A stretch of DNA of 54,198 nucleotides, filler included, from Jimgerdemannia flammicorona (Eukaryota), in assembly GCA_003990765.1 (NCBI GenBank). It is 3 parts of 3 records of this genome, joined end to end, with 100 filler letters (N's around TTAATTAATTAA, not from the genome) between each part and the next. Parts side by side here need not be neighbours in the genome. Positions count along the whole stretch, not along the records: positions 18,103 to 36,103 come from RBNJ01002336.1; positions 36,204 to 54,198 come from RBNJ01002337.1; 1 more part is not named here. One strand, given 5' to 3'. Both the position numbers and the translations under genes were made by a program. Position 1 is the first letter of the stretch. Each line of letters begins with the position of its first letter. Below the pieces are notes generated by a model. That model worked only from the letters and a program-made list of their open reading frames with translations. It made no database searches and was not told the DNA's origin. Positions 25,200 to 37,926 of this stretch are shown here, one piece after another.

Positions 25200-27061
25200 G
25201 GCTGTATAAATTATTTGGCTTAAACTATGATTCAAAGTCTCCAGTATGCACAGGAAGGTCACTAACAGAGACGGGGTTGTACCTTGGAGCATCAGACTTA
25301 TAGATATAACCTGGATCATTAGACTTATTGACATAAAATGGATCGTCAGGCTTACTGACATAACCATGTTGCAGTGGCAGGTGCCGATTTGGTGAGGTCC
25401 ATGTCGTTATCTGACGGAGTGTTGTGTGGCACTACTTGTTTGATTTGACCGGGCTAATCACGATATATATGCTACAGTGGGATGTCGTAGTCTTGTACGG
25501 GTTCGGCCTGGGCATGTTTCTGCCATGGCTTTCGGATAGTGAGAATAATGGAGATTATAATGATGACAATCAGAACACTACATATGACAGCAATTATTGT
25601 AACATTAACGGTAAGTGGTGAGGGGATGGTTGAGTTGGGAGATGGGATGGTTGAGATAGGAGAGAAGCTGGTGATCCACTGAAATGGTATTTCTCGGGTA
25701 TCTAATATGCTGAGATCATTCATAGTTTTGGCTCCATCTGTGCCTGTTATATATATCATAATGAAATTAGCAATACCAATTTAGTGTATCGAGCATCACG
25801 ATATCGTTTAAATTTGAAGTGGCACCAACACCACAGCATATGATGATAGCAGTGCCATTGGTATCTATTTAATGATGACTCAGTTGTCATGTTCGATAAA
25901 CCTTCAACAATTAATATATATAACATAAGAATATTACTTACCCAATATAGCAGTATGCCATCGACATCAGAGTGGGATCACCCCTGTTACATTAATTGGT
26001 TTCCATGTACTGCTATTAGTACTATTGTGGAAGTCGGCTGAAAATTAGCATGAATGGAAAACTTTGAAGTCTGGATGGCCCACTGTACTCACAAGAATTC
26101 TTGCAAAATACCATAAATGTTATTATCATATTCTAACTCAAAAGTGGAATTTCCTCCATAGCTGCTAGCGTCCAATTGACAATTAAATTAGAGGTTTGTT
26201 ACCAATATACCTTCCGACCATCACTAGAACATTGTAATAGTAAATCGATGTATCATAAGCAACACTAGTAAGACATTCCAACAAGAGGAGAAATGGAGAG
26301 AAGAAGAGAAAGAGAGAAATCATACCGGAGCATTGTTACGGTATACTCAGTTCTAGGCGCAGGTTTCGGCTCAACAACATTGAGAACGTTCCATACTAAC
26401 ATTTTGGTATCAAATGTAATCATATCATCAAAGATATGCTCAGCGCTTGTATTGGAAGAGAATCCTATAAGTTAATTAACAAAAATACAAGGTGTTAACT
26501 AAAAGAGATCTTTGAAAGTCGGTAGAATGTTGGAAACGTTTGATAAACTGCGGGCCTACCTGTATAATAATCGCCTTCCCCAGCCCAAATGTAGGCTACC
26601 CCTGATGAAGTCCACGAAGCGGATATATAATCCCTTTGCTGAGGCATATTGATGATGGCAGATGGAAGTGTCCAATTTCTAGTGACGGTGTTGTACTGAG
26701 CGAACCCACTTTGCAACAATGGCTGACCACGGCTGTTACCTCCGCCCCAGACATAAAACGACTCACCATCCGCGGAAGGCCACATTGCATGAGAGTCGCT
26801 CAGTGGAACAGTGGAGTTTCCTGTAGTAATCGTCAGGTCGACCCATGATGGGTTAGTGGAAATCCAGGGTTGAGAGATATCGAGGCTGTATAAGCTTTTC
26901 ACAGTAGTGTAAGGTCGTATTATTGAGCCACCGAAGACGTAGATGGTGTCGTTGATGAGCACGGCAGCCTGGTTATACTGGGAGGCAGGTATGAAGCCCG
27001 TGGCGCGATGGGCTATAGTTGCGAGTAACGTGACAATAGCCAGGAAGGTGGGTTTCGACAT
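25200..27061 (-). pseudogene. Multi-exon Kelch/galactose-oxidase-repeat single-pass membrane protein; 5' exons intact, 3' half disrupted
   Basis: GCCACC-ATG at 27061, signal peptide MSKPTFLAIVTLLATIAHRATG, and Kelch blades (IYVFGG, FYVWGG, PAPRTEYT). GT-AG intron 26559-26465. In-frame TGA at 25967-25969. TM helix IIAVICSVLIVIIIISIILTI, followed by an early TAG at 25472. The 3' end coordinate is approximate. Confidence 0.8.
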
Positions 27062-28725
27062 GGTGGCAAGTTGAAAGATTAATGCCCTCTGGATCAGAGA
27101 GACAGAGGGACCTGAAAGTCGAAAACATGACTTTGCCACAAATACGAGCACTTGATTCGTTCGTTCGACAACCCCAATAAAAAATCACAATTCTACAACT
27201 AGACCCAAACAGGTTACGTGACTGAAATGTTCAGTCAAACAATTGCGCCAACATACAGAACAGAAACCGAAAAGCGTTTTGTAGGCCAATACCCTCCACC
27301 GTATCCAAGTTATCCGGAGCCTCGTTCAGGCAAATCAGAGAACACCCTCCGATTAGCACCCAGGAATAGGAAATCTGGTACGATTGCTAGAACAATTAGT
27401 CGCAGTCCCACCAAACCCGAATAAGCCTTCCAAATCGGGTAACCAAGACTCACAGAACCCCACCGAATTAGGACAAGCTTGAATACATCGAAATAGGGTG
27501 ACCACGCACCCCTACTCGTCGTTCCAAACTCTCGGTAATCGAGGTCACGTGCCCGACTTTCGAACTCAAAACGTTGAATATAGAATAATTATCGTATATT
27601 ATCTGTACAAATCGATCGCCACAGTACATATTGTATGGCCAAGCACAAACACATGCAGCTATTGAAATATTGCATTAATAACTTCGCTGTACTCCAACCA
27701 TTCGAATACCAGTGGGCAGTGATCTCGGAGAGCCTGCAGCGAGCCATATCCTATATGATAACGTCAAAGTCGAATCTCGGAGGGTGGCGAGACCTTTAAA
27801 GTTGCGAACGCTTTGCTGGTTCATACCCAGGAAGATATTTGTACACAAAAACATATATTTTAGTAAAGGCGTATTCCTCAGGACCCTGGCACCGAGGCTT
27901 CTGAGGTGTTCCAGGTCAGATGAATTGGTGTCTTGAATCTCAACTGCCGCTTTCTTCAGAACACGCACACTTTGCAGACGCAAAGAGTAACCATACTCAG
28001 GAAGAGTTTTACAGTACCCCTAGTTGAGTGCCATCCGTACAAAAGCAATCATCGTTTAAGGAGCCACTTTGGGCGACCAGTCCGTTCATGTCGAACACCA
28101 AACGCACAAAACAGAGAGGATGATGTCACATGATTCCACCGACACCTGCTGCGCCCCGATGACGGGAAGCCCTAATTTCTAAGGCCGTCGACCAGACGGT
28201 CTTTGAAATTTGTATATCCCATCCAGTCGCTTGAGACCTCGCCTCCCCAGCGGCGCACTCCTCCAGTACTGCCAAAGTTCCGCTTCACTAGGTAAGTGTG
28301 CATCTGCTATTGCTATGCCCGCTAAGCCCGGGACGAACCCTAGGAACGAGATCTTGCAGGAGGCGTAAACTCAGATCGATTATATATTACTGATAATAAT
28401 TTGAAAGGAACGAAAGGAAACTCATCTTTTTTTTTTTTGTGGGGGGGGGGAAGGGATTTAACAAAAAATTGCAGTCAAAAGATTGGCAATTTTGCAAAGC
28501 AAGAGATCGATTATGCTATGTTTAATAGGATTGACCTTGTGCAATAAACCACTTTCTTACTATAACCTTTACATCTGAAGTTTTTTTTGTAATGTACAGA
28601 ATGGCGAAAATTCTTGTGTTGAGTTTAAAGTTGTGGACGTAAACATTTGATGTTTTCTTTAATGCACCCTCGTTCGCACCTCTATACCTTGTCACATATA
28701 CAACCAAAGCCATTATTTATTCTTT

Positions 28726-29376
28726 TTAATACATGCCTGCAAAGTCAAGATATGCATAGAACACTTGTGGGCCTTCCGAGTCATGTACACCTTCCGAGCC
28801 TTGCGGACCTTCCGAGCCTTGCGGGCCTTCCGAGTCTTGGTCTCGCGGGCCTTCCGAGCCTTGCGGGGATCCCGATTCTCGTGGGGATTCACACTCTTGC
28901 CGGGGTTCCACCTCTTGCAGGGGTTGTGCCTCTTGCGCGGATTCTGCCACTTCTTGCTGGGGTTCTGGTTCTTGCATGGACTCTGGCTCTTGTGGGGATA
29001 CAGCCTCAAGCTGGGATTCCGCCTCTGGTGGGGATTCCATCTCTTGCGGATATTCCGCCTCTTCCGAGGAATCCTCCTCTTGCGAGCCTTCGGCCTCTTG
29101 CGGGGACTCGGAGTCCTCCACTAGGACATCGACATCCATATCTTCGTCCGTCGTAGGAGACACTAACAGCTTCAGTCTGTAATTCTGCCTTTGTAAACGT
29201 TCGTTTTTCGCGCGCAACCGCTCGATATTGCCGTTGAGTAGACTTGTGATCCGAACGATCTCTTTTTCGAGCTGAGACACTTCGGCGTTGCGCTTTTTGA
29301 GTAATCGTGTAATTTCGACAACCTTCTTTTGATGCCGCGACACCTCGGCATCGCCTTCTTCGATTAACGATGACAT
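28726..29376 (-). CDS. Hypothetical 216-aa protein: N-terminal coiled coil, acidic/Pro/Gln hexapeptide-repeat tail (EGPQGS)
   Basis: Open frame with a heptad-like N-terminus. 18-bp repeat units run from about 28765 to 29110 and preserve the frame. No recognised family. Confidence 0.5.
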   Translation of the reverse strand: MSSLIEEGDAEVSRHQKKVVEITRLLKKRNAEVSQLEKEIVRITSLLNGNIERLRAKNERLQRQNYRLKLLVSPTTDEDMDVDVLVEDSESPQEAEGSQEEDSSEEAEYPQEMESPPEAESQLEAVSPQEPESMQEPEPQQEVAESAQEAQPLQEVEPRQECESPRESGSPQGSEGPRDQDSEGPQGSEGPQGSEGVHDSEGPQVFYAYLDFAGMY

Positions 29377-29379
29377 GTG

Positions 29380-29702
29380 TGGCTATGAGATGTGCGGCGA
29401 AGATGTGCGTGATAGACGTGCGGCGAGGATGTGAGGCGGTATGCGGTGCGGCGGCGTGATAGACGTGCGGCAAGGATGTGCGGCGGCGTGCGGTGCGGCG
29501 GCGTGATAGCCGTGCGGCAAGGATGTGCGGCGGCGTACGGTGCGGCGGCGTGATAGACGTGCGGCAAGGATGTGCGGAGACGTGCGGCAAGGATGTGCGG
29601 CGGCGTGATAGACGTGCGCGGCGGCGCGTTAGACGTGCGGCAAGGATGTGCGGCGGCGCGTTAGAGGTGCTGGCTGGAAGATGTGTGGTAAATGTGCGGC
29701 GG
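29380..29702. repeat. CpG-dense minisatellite built from GTGCGGCGGCGTGATAGAC and GTGCGGCAAGGAT modules
   Basis: About 7-8 irregular units of 30-45 bp are directly visible. Confidence 0.9.
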
Positions 29703-31657
29703 TGAGGTAGATATGCGCCGTGTGGTAAATGTACCCCGATGAGGGAGATGTGTGGAAAGGAAGGCTGGGAGATACAGCTTATATAGGAAAGCTGTGGAGG
29801 AGAAGATTTCTCTTTCATATGTTCATAGGTTATGGCCATGGACGTCATAACCAAGTGACACAATGCCTTGTTCGCCATCTCCATCATAAGATTGATGGAT
29901 TGTGGAGGCGACCGTTCGGACAGGCGAAGCCGCCGAACGGCGAGTTCATTAGAGGGTCCACTGGTAGTGAGAATTGGTGGTGATGGTAGTGGCAACACTG
30001 GTGGATGTGAAAATATGGAAGGTGAGAGAAGCTAGTAACCATTGAAGTGGTGCTCCTCCGATGTCTAAGATGCGAAATTGCTCTGTCGTTGTCACCTGTC
30101 CTACCTGAAGGAGTTGAGGGAGGTGACCTGTCTGCGGAGATGACCGGCGGGGATAGGTGACCCGTTGGCGGATGTCAAGTGATCAAGGGAGGGGGACCCG
30201 TCAGCAGAGGTCAAAGGAGGCGACTTGTTATGAAAGGGAAGAGAGGGTCATGGCATCGGCGGAGGTCGGTCCCGGGTCTTGATGTAATAATCAGACAATG
30301 ATGGATAATGGATAATGGATGATGGATGATGGGAGAAACAACTCAACCGCAAAGTCCGATTCACAATATTTATTCTGTCTGAGTGCAGCGACCGGATCAT
30401 TATGGAGTGTGTGCACAGCATTGGGATTTCGGCAGACGTCATTACAGTAGAGGTATGTTGTTAGCGTGGACGTTTGAAGATCAGCAGGTGTCAGATGTCC
30501 CGTGCAAAGCGAGAAAGGTTTTTTTGCTCTTGAGTAAATTTTTTCTCGACGTGCCATTGACTTTCACAGATTTCTTTATGGATGTTTTAAAAAAGTTAAA
30601 TGTTGCAATGGGCTTGTAAAACTATCCGCGAATGGCACATGCTTCTAGGAATTATCTTTTCCCGCCGATTATTCAATTGTTGGCAGTGCCATAGACTGCG
30701 TAACCTAACGGCTTGTTGGTGATTGTTGCAGTTACCACCTTCATCATCATTAACATACCATGCAATAACTATTAGAAATGATGAGATGATGGGGGATGTC
30801 ATAGATGGTAGTGGATTTTATGGCTACACTAGGTTCCTGATTTTATTATTAAGCAAATTATTTTAGATGTAATGAATGTTATTTTTCTCTCTTTTATAGA
30901 TTCTGAAGAGGTCAATCTATAGAAACAAAAATTGTTTAGATGTCATTATATATATATATCTGATCTACACTAAATTAAGATTGTTTTAAAATGATAATAA
31001 ACTATTACAAAATAAACCAGCTGAATATTGTATTAATTTTGTCATCAATTTAGTTACTTATATTTAATTAAAATATTTAACATTTATTTATTGTGATAAG
31101 CAATGAGCAGCTTGAATATTCTAGATAGAGTGACAAAATGCTATTACATAGGTACCGGTGAAAATCATATGAATAACCACCTGAACATTGTGACGCAGTA
31201 ATTATAAACTAAACCAAACATCATTAGTTAGCTTCTATGTCCTGTCTAGGATATCATGTCCTGCCTAGGATATTATGAAAAATATAAATAATATTATATA
31301 AATAGCCTAATATAGTTAGTAACTGCAAAACCAACTTGTATAAATATCTCTAGTAATTTGAGTAAATAAATCTCAGTTGAAAAACTTAAAAATAAAAGTT
31401 AAAGTTCAAAATTTAAAATTTAATTCAACTTCAGTTTACTCAATAGTTACTTAGATAAGAAGAGTAAAAATCTTACATATAATACTTAGAGAAAAAATTA
31501 CTTTAATTATAATAATTTAATCAATATAGATAAAAATAAAAATAAAAATAAAATAAAGCAAATAAGATTTACTGAAATAGTATGAACAAAAATCTTAATC
31601 TATAATAATAATCTATTATTATATAACCTAAAAATAATATCTAATTTAGTTAAAAGA

Positions 31658-32497
31658 TGTAACAGAATTAGTCTTTGGCTATTCTAAAATATTGTACAGA
31701 ATAGAATAGAATTCAATTCTGGGCCTCAGCATATCTATCTAGATTTTAATTATCTCTTGTAGCTTTTTTATACTTTTGGTCAGTCTTATATAGTACTTTT
31801 GGAGACCTCTTAGAATATCTGACTGATCAGGCCAAGTATTGTAATTTAGAAGAGGTTATAGTTCTTAGTTATATAATAAGATATTCAGTTATCTCTTTAT
31901 TGAAATAAAAGTGAAGCTGAGATCTTACATTTACTCAGATTGAGTTCTTTATATAAGTTAGTTACTCTGCACTCTAGTATAAAGTTAGCTAAGTTATGTG
32001 ACTGCTAAACTATATTTGGATTGGTATGACTCTGATGAGAGCTCTACTGAGAGTTTATATAATTTGGTAAAAATTCTCCTCAGAGTAGTATAGGGATTAT
32101 ATAAGCTATTTATAGCTATAGTACTTTAGAGGTTAACTATATAATATTATCTAACTATATTAGTATTTTTATAGTGTTTTACTATATTCTTCTCTTCTTA
32201 AAATTGAGACAGAAAACTTTTATTATCACAATTTATATAGTTAGTATTCTATAAGTATATAAGATAATACTAGCTAGATAATGTTCTATATAGATATGTT
32301 CAATAAGTTTCTAGAGCTTAGAGAGTACTTGAGGACCTTGTACTTTCTGGTAAAGATCTTTTGATCAAAGGTTAATAACTTAGTAATTACTTAGTTTGAG
32401 AGTGAATATATAGTAAAGTACTATTTATTAGTAATCTAGAGTATATATATATAAGTGCCTTGTCACAAAGAAACAGAGTCAAAGAATATTAATTACA
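31658..32497 (-). mobile_element. 3' LTR of Gypsy element 3 (about 840 bp)
   Basis: Minus-strand purine tract AAGAAGAG precedes TGTAAT at 32497, and the LTR ends ...TGTTACA at 31658. TATATAAA at about 31948-31955 and AATAAA at about 31896-31901 on the minus strand. Confidence 0.55.
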
Positions 32498-33309
32498 TTA
32501 GGCTCTTCTTAAAATATCTCTCAATTTATGAGAGAGGTGATCATATTCTAATTTAAAAGAGAAAATCCAATATCAGTTACTTATTTAATAGAGATTGATA
32601 TGGTCTGACTTTAGTTTAAAGAGTTAAAGAGGAAGTCCCAATTAGTTATCAATTTATTTAAGATTAGACTATAGTGTATTTTTTTCTTCAAGAATTGGTA
32701 TATTAAGGATTAATTGAATACTATAGATATATGTAGAGTTCTTTACTAATCTAGTTTCTGAGATAATTATATTATTTCCAGTTAATATTTTAAAACCAGT
32801 TGACTTTGTATCAGTGATGTTGTCACAGATATCTGAGTAGAGTTAAAATATATAATATATCTTACTGATAAGATTCTAGATATCTATATCAATTTTTATA
32901 AATATGTAAATATTTCTTAGATTGTTTTGATATTAATAGTACTGGAATTATAGTTCTATTTCATATTATATTATATTAGAAATTCATTTTGGTGATAAAC
33001 TTATTTATTCTATTAAAGATATTATTTAAAGGTAGTGAAGAAATAGTAGTTTTTATCTTTTTATATAATAGGTTTATCAGAAAAGAAGAGGGTGATAGTT
33101 TGAATAACTTTTTCTTTAAGGATATTGATGAGTTTATTAATTTACACTTGGATACTTAATTTGTTTTCAGTGGATTATTTAGTGTTATTTACTTATCTGT
33201 TTTTGTTAAATTATATAGTTTTTATTAGTGACTTTTGAGTCACCTCAAGACTGCTGATCTTTATTTATTGACTACTTTTTAGTATTTAATAGATTATTAT
33301 AGATTATAC

Positions 33310-34495
33310 TTTCTTTTATAAGTATTGAGTTATTTAGTTATATTTGGTCGGAGATGTTCTTTATATTCTCAGGTAGTATCTCAGTTAGAGTAGCTTTTCT
33401 ACTTGATCAAGTAGTATTTTATTGATTCTTTAATCATCTGTATTTTCTTTCCTTATACTTTAAGATTTGTTCTGCTTTAAATTCTTCATAGTCTTTGAAT
33501 TGAACTAGTGCAAGTAGTGATATAGATTATTCTTTGAATAGATTGAAGTATATTTTCTGAGTTATAAGATATAGAATACTAGATATATTTTTCATCTATT
33601 TAATAGTTGAAGTTTGTAAGTAGTTTCTTCAATTCATTTCAAGATCTTAAAGAGTCTAATAAAGTGGGATCTGAGTTTCTTTTTGGGCCCAATATTGTCT
33701 AATGTGAGATACTTAGTATTCAGTAGCATCTGGTAAATGTAAATTTATTTCTGTACCTATTGGTATTGATAATATAATTATACTATATCTAAATTAGGGT
33801 ATTATATACTTTTTATATCTTTTCTTTAATAGTTCTAATTAAATTTTGAGCTGCTAGTACTCAAAACTATATTATATTAATTAGTGTTTGGGACTTCTGA
33901 TCACTCATAGCTTTGAATAGTATGAGTTTAGTACTAATAGATATAGAGCTATTATATATAAATTTGGCTAAGGCTAGGTATTCATATTAATTATTCTATA
34001 TATAATTACAATAGATACTGAGTATCTGCTTGAAGATTTGGGTGGTCCTTTTAGTATATCTATTAGTTTGTAGATAAAAAATAATAGATATTATAAGCTA
34101 TATTCTTAGACTCTTAAATAATATCTTCCAGAAGTTACTCATAAATTGTATATCTCTTAAAAACTGTTAATAGTCTATAGAGTTGAAATATATTTTGCAA
34201 AAATAGTTAGATAGTTTTGAAAGCTATAACTAATATATCTATTATATATAGCAAAGTATACTTATTTACTAAGGTAATCTATAAATATGATGATCATATC
34301 TCTTCTTTTCTTTATTTTTAATAGCTGCATAATAAAATCTAAGTCAATGTGATCTCAGTTTCTAGTTGAGATTAAGAGAGAACTGGAGTATTTCAGATAA
34401 AGCTAGATTATTAGACTTATATTATTGGTATATTTTATAACTTATGATATATTTTCTAATATCTTATATTATCTTTGACTAGTAAAATTCTTACA
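33310..34495 (-). pseudogene. Ty3/Gypsy integrase plus chromodomain of element 3; extremely degraded
   Basis: FY*SKII*DIRKYI, IFIDYLSK, KKLRSHFIRLFKI, TYKLQL, EEFKAEQIL and YLIK*KSY...T*E. Confidence 0.8.
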
Positions 34496-36065
34496 TATAC
34501 ATATATATATGATAGTAGTCTATTCACTAAGTCACTTTGGATTATCCTTCCAAGGCTTGTCTTTCCAATATGTTCTAAGTATTAATATTATATATTAAAT
34601 ATATCAGCCATCATTATTATATATATTGAGACTTTTATACTATTTAGTATTCTATTGATTATATAAATATTTCTATATTTTGAAGCTATTAATATCTCAA
34701 TATTGTGTGAATCATATATAGTTGTGCCTTTTGTATATATATATCTCTTTATTGCTACAGGATATTATCTTTTCTATTGAAAAGAGATTTTTACTAGTTT
34801 CTAGAGTATATAATATATCTAGGAAGATGCTAGCAGATTTAATAATATTACTATAGAGATATATTTTCACAATTTTCTTTTCTTGAACATAGATGATGTT
34901 GTTATCTTCTAGTTTAATAAGTATAGAGTATTTGAAAGACTCATATAAGAGAACTATTTTCTGTATACTATTATGTATTATATGGCTCTAGAATCTAATA
35001 ACTAGATATTATTATTATCAGCTATATTAGCAGATACACTGCTGATGGTGCTGACTTCATTGTCACTTTTTATCAAGAGAAAAGTATTTTGCTTTTAATC
35101 AGGACTAGAATTTGTAGATAATAGATTATTAGATTCAGTGGTAAATTTAACAGATTTGGCAGTAAGACTATTATTTATATATATTACTTATATAAAAAAC
35201 ATATTACTTTTATCAGTTTTAGTAGTATTGGTATTATCTCATTTCTCTTTACTATAATAACTCTTTCTGCCACCTCTATGTTACCAATGCTGGCTTTTAT
35301 ATTATTGCTTCTTACTACTTTCATTACCATTTTCCCAGTGATAATAATTGTGCTTCCTGTATTCATACTTGCTACAGTATTTACAGTAACCATTATACTT
35401 GATTAATTAGCTAGACTAGTTGTTATATTATTGAGCTTAGGTTTGGATTTATTGATCTTATTGTCCATACTTTTAACTTTATTTTATATCACATCTATAT
35501 AATCTGTAGAATATATTTTTATTATCATTGGTGATACTATTGTCTTAATATATTTCCTCATTTATGAGGTTAATAATAATGTGAGTATAATCAGCAAGCT
35601 TGCCATTTTCTCATATGGCTACCACTATAATATAATAGACTTCAGAGAGATTTCTTATAAGAGTCAAGATCTTATCTTTATCACTTATATACTATACTAA
35701 TTTACTTAGAGAATTGATCTGATTCATCAGATTATTGATATGACTAAATAGTCTTCTTTAGCTTTATTTATAAATTGAATAACTGAGATTTTAGATAAAA
35801 TTGATTCAATATAGATATTTACATATAATGATTATATAGAGTCTCTTATATCTTATGAACAGTAGCTTTATGTATTATGAGCTTTATTTGGAAGTTCAAT
35901 AATATAAATGTAATCTCCTATAATACTTGATGATTATTTGCAATATTATAATCTTGAATTAGTACTTATGGTTTTATATACTCTGCCAAGCTATATTCAT
36001 CAAGATAATTTATTATATGGAAAGCCCAGATTGTATAATCTTTTCCATTGAAGATCAGGATAGAT

Positions 36066-36103
<38 letters not shown>

Positions 36104-36203
36104 NNNNNNNNNNNNNNNNNNNNNNNNNNNNNNNNNNNNNNNNNNNNTTAATTAATTAANNNNNNNNNNNNNNNNNNNNNNNNNNNNNNNNNNNNNNNNN
36201 NNN
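36104..36203. other. Assembly gap with artificial linker (N44-TTAATTAATTAA-N44)
   Basis: Same structure as 18003-18102. Confidence 0.97.
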
Positions 36204-36330
36204 ATTCGGATGGGGCGATTCGGATTAAATCCGAGTTGATCCGGATGGCTTCGGATTTGAGATTCGAATCAAACCGTCATGTGACGAATCGAATCCGGAT
36301 TTGATTCGAATTGACTCGTTCGGAGCACTA
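36204..36330. mobile_element. Probable terminus of a hAT-like DNA transposon or MITE
   Basis: The end read inward is TAGTGCTCCGAACGA, followed by dense subterminal TTCGAA/TCGGAT/ATCCG motifs. The other end is not visible because of the gap. Confidence 0.45.
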
Positions 36331-36705
36331 ATCAGTGGTAACTACATCTTGACCGAAAATACAATTCCCGAGTGTGATGTATGTACTCACACAATAGATG
36401 TTTCTTTAATTCCCTTATCCTCCAGTTCTTCATATGACCCCTTGACAGAGTGCAGCCTGAAAAGGTACACCCGACTTCGTAAGCATCACCGGAGTAATAC
36501 TCATTTAGCACGCATCTTTTCGTGCGTGTGGATTCAATGGGTCCTTCGGTTTAATATGAGAGCATGTGGCATCATCACAGTTTCAGGGAAGAGAAGGGGT
36601 TGAATTCCCTTTTTTAAAAGAGAGAAGCCAACAGTGCGACAAGGATTGAGAATGCTTAATGCTAAATAGTAACAAGGGGAATCTCGGTGAAACGGCCGGT
36701 TTGTC

Positions 36706-37926
36706 TTATTTAGTAACGCCGTCTTCCTCGTCGTCATCCGAAAATGTTACCGGGAACGGCTCATCTCGGTCCCAGTTGTCTCTGAGTTCCTTAATCCAGT
36801 GCTTCAGGTGTCCGTAAAAGATCCACACAGAAAGCGCCGCATTCTCGAACTCGCGGCATGGCCCCCCCTCGTCTAGCGCTCTCAAGAATGCTGGCTCATG
36901 CGCGGCGACCTCGGTGCGAAAGAAGGCGCACAGCTGCGCCTTCTCCTCCCTTTCGCCCTCGCTCTCACTCTCACCGTCAATCCAGGACGGATACTCAGCA
37001 CACGACCACGCCGGGTACGTGCCCGCGCACTCCCAGTCGATCAAACCGGTGACGCACGTGCCGTTGACCAAGAAGTTGCTGAGACGAAGGTCTGTGTGTT
37101 TGAGGCCGCAGCGGTCGAGGGTCAGCTCCTTCGGGCTGAAGGCAGGGGCTAGTCGCGCGAGGCGCTCGAACGTGCCGCGGATGGCCGGGGTGTCGGTTGG
37201 AATGCCGGCCTTGAGCATCCCCGGCATGGCGGCCATAGCGGTGGTCTGATGGACACGAAGGAAGGAGATCTCACGGCGTGCGGCGGCGGCAAGGTAGTCG
37301 CACGTGGTAGCCCATGGCCCACGGTCAAAATCCATGGCGCCGCGCTCTTCAATGAAGAAAGGGCGACTGACGAGCGGTCCTACAGCGTAGTCGCCGTCCG
37401 CTGCGCGGTAGAGGCTGCCGATCTTGAAGGTGAGGCGGAAGAGCTGGACGGCAATGTCAGCGATCTGGCGAAGTACTTGTTTCTTCTGCTCCATCAACAA
37501 GTCTTCCCATACATCATATAAAGACACCCCTGGGACCTTCTCAATTAGCATATACTCGGCGCCTACGGCATTCTCCGGGTCGGCATCCCAGTGGTAGACC
37601 TTGGGCACAGGGATAGAGGTTTTTTCCGCAACGTACTGCATGGTCGCGACCTCGCTCTCCATCTTGAGGCGGCGGAAGATAGGGAAGGCGACACGAGCGA
37701 TGCATTCCGAACCGTCGTCCATGGTAAAGAGGTAGATCTTGTGGAAAGAGCCTTCGTCAAGCTTGGTGATGGACATGCATTGCTTATGGAGGGACTCGCA
37801 GGTGATCTGCTGCAACGCGGATATATCGAACGAGAGGAATTCGCTCTCAGCGTCGCTGCTGTCGTCCTCTTTGTCTTCTATAGATCTGTGGGTAGGTGGT
37901 TCTTGGGTAAGGTCTACGTTGGGCAT
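36706..37926 (-). CDS. Aminoglycoside-phosphotransferase (APH)/choline-kinase-like phosphotransferase family protein, intronless, about 406 aa
   Basis: EGSFHKIY, IARV, ESEVATM, IPVPKVY, Brenner-type HTDLRLSN and GLIDWE. ATG at 37926 and an intact frame. Confidence 0.92.
   Translation of the reverse strand: MPNVDLTQEPPTHRSIEDKEDDSSDAESEFLSFDISALQQITCESLHKQCMSITKLDEGSFHKIYLFTMDDGSECIARVAFPIFRRLKMESEVATMQYVAEKTSIPVPKVYHWDADPENAVGAEYMLIEKVPGVSLYDVWEDLLMEQKKQVLRQIADIAVQLFRLTFKIGSLYRAADGDYAVGPLVSRPFFIEERGAMDFDRGPWATTCDYLAAAARREISFLRVHQTTAMAAMPGMLKAGIPTDTPAIRGTFERLARLAPAFSPKELTLDRCGLKHTDLRLSNFLVNGTCVTGLIDWECAGTYPAWSCAEYPSWIDGESESEGEREEKAQLCAFFRTEVAAHEPAFLRALDEGGPCREFENAALSVWIFYGHLKHWIKELRDNWDRDEPFPVTFSDDDEEDGVTK

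Noticed and set aside
27675..28300. Short ORFs between the Kelch gene and the acidic-repeat ORF; similar exon-like scraps at 30290-31260 and 42300-43250
   Set aside because: I could not assemble a coherent spliced frame or recognise a domain. They may be gene relics but are unsupported.
29006..29998. 330-aa Arg/His-rich ORF and overlapping ORFs
   Set aside because: They are open mainly because the GC-rich minisatellite lacks stops. No domain signal.
34500..36100. AT-rich CpG-free block, possibly another TE
   Set aside because: Too degraded to assign to any class by eye.
36706..37926. Horizontally acquired bacterial resistance gene (intronless, GC-rich APH)
   Set aside because: The motif pattern (ESEVATM...IPVPKV...N.VGAEYMLIEKVPGV.L...W) is typical of the widespread fungal phosphotransferase family, and nothing else supports transfer.
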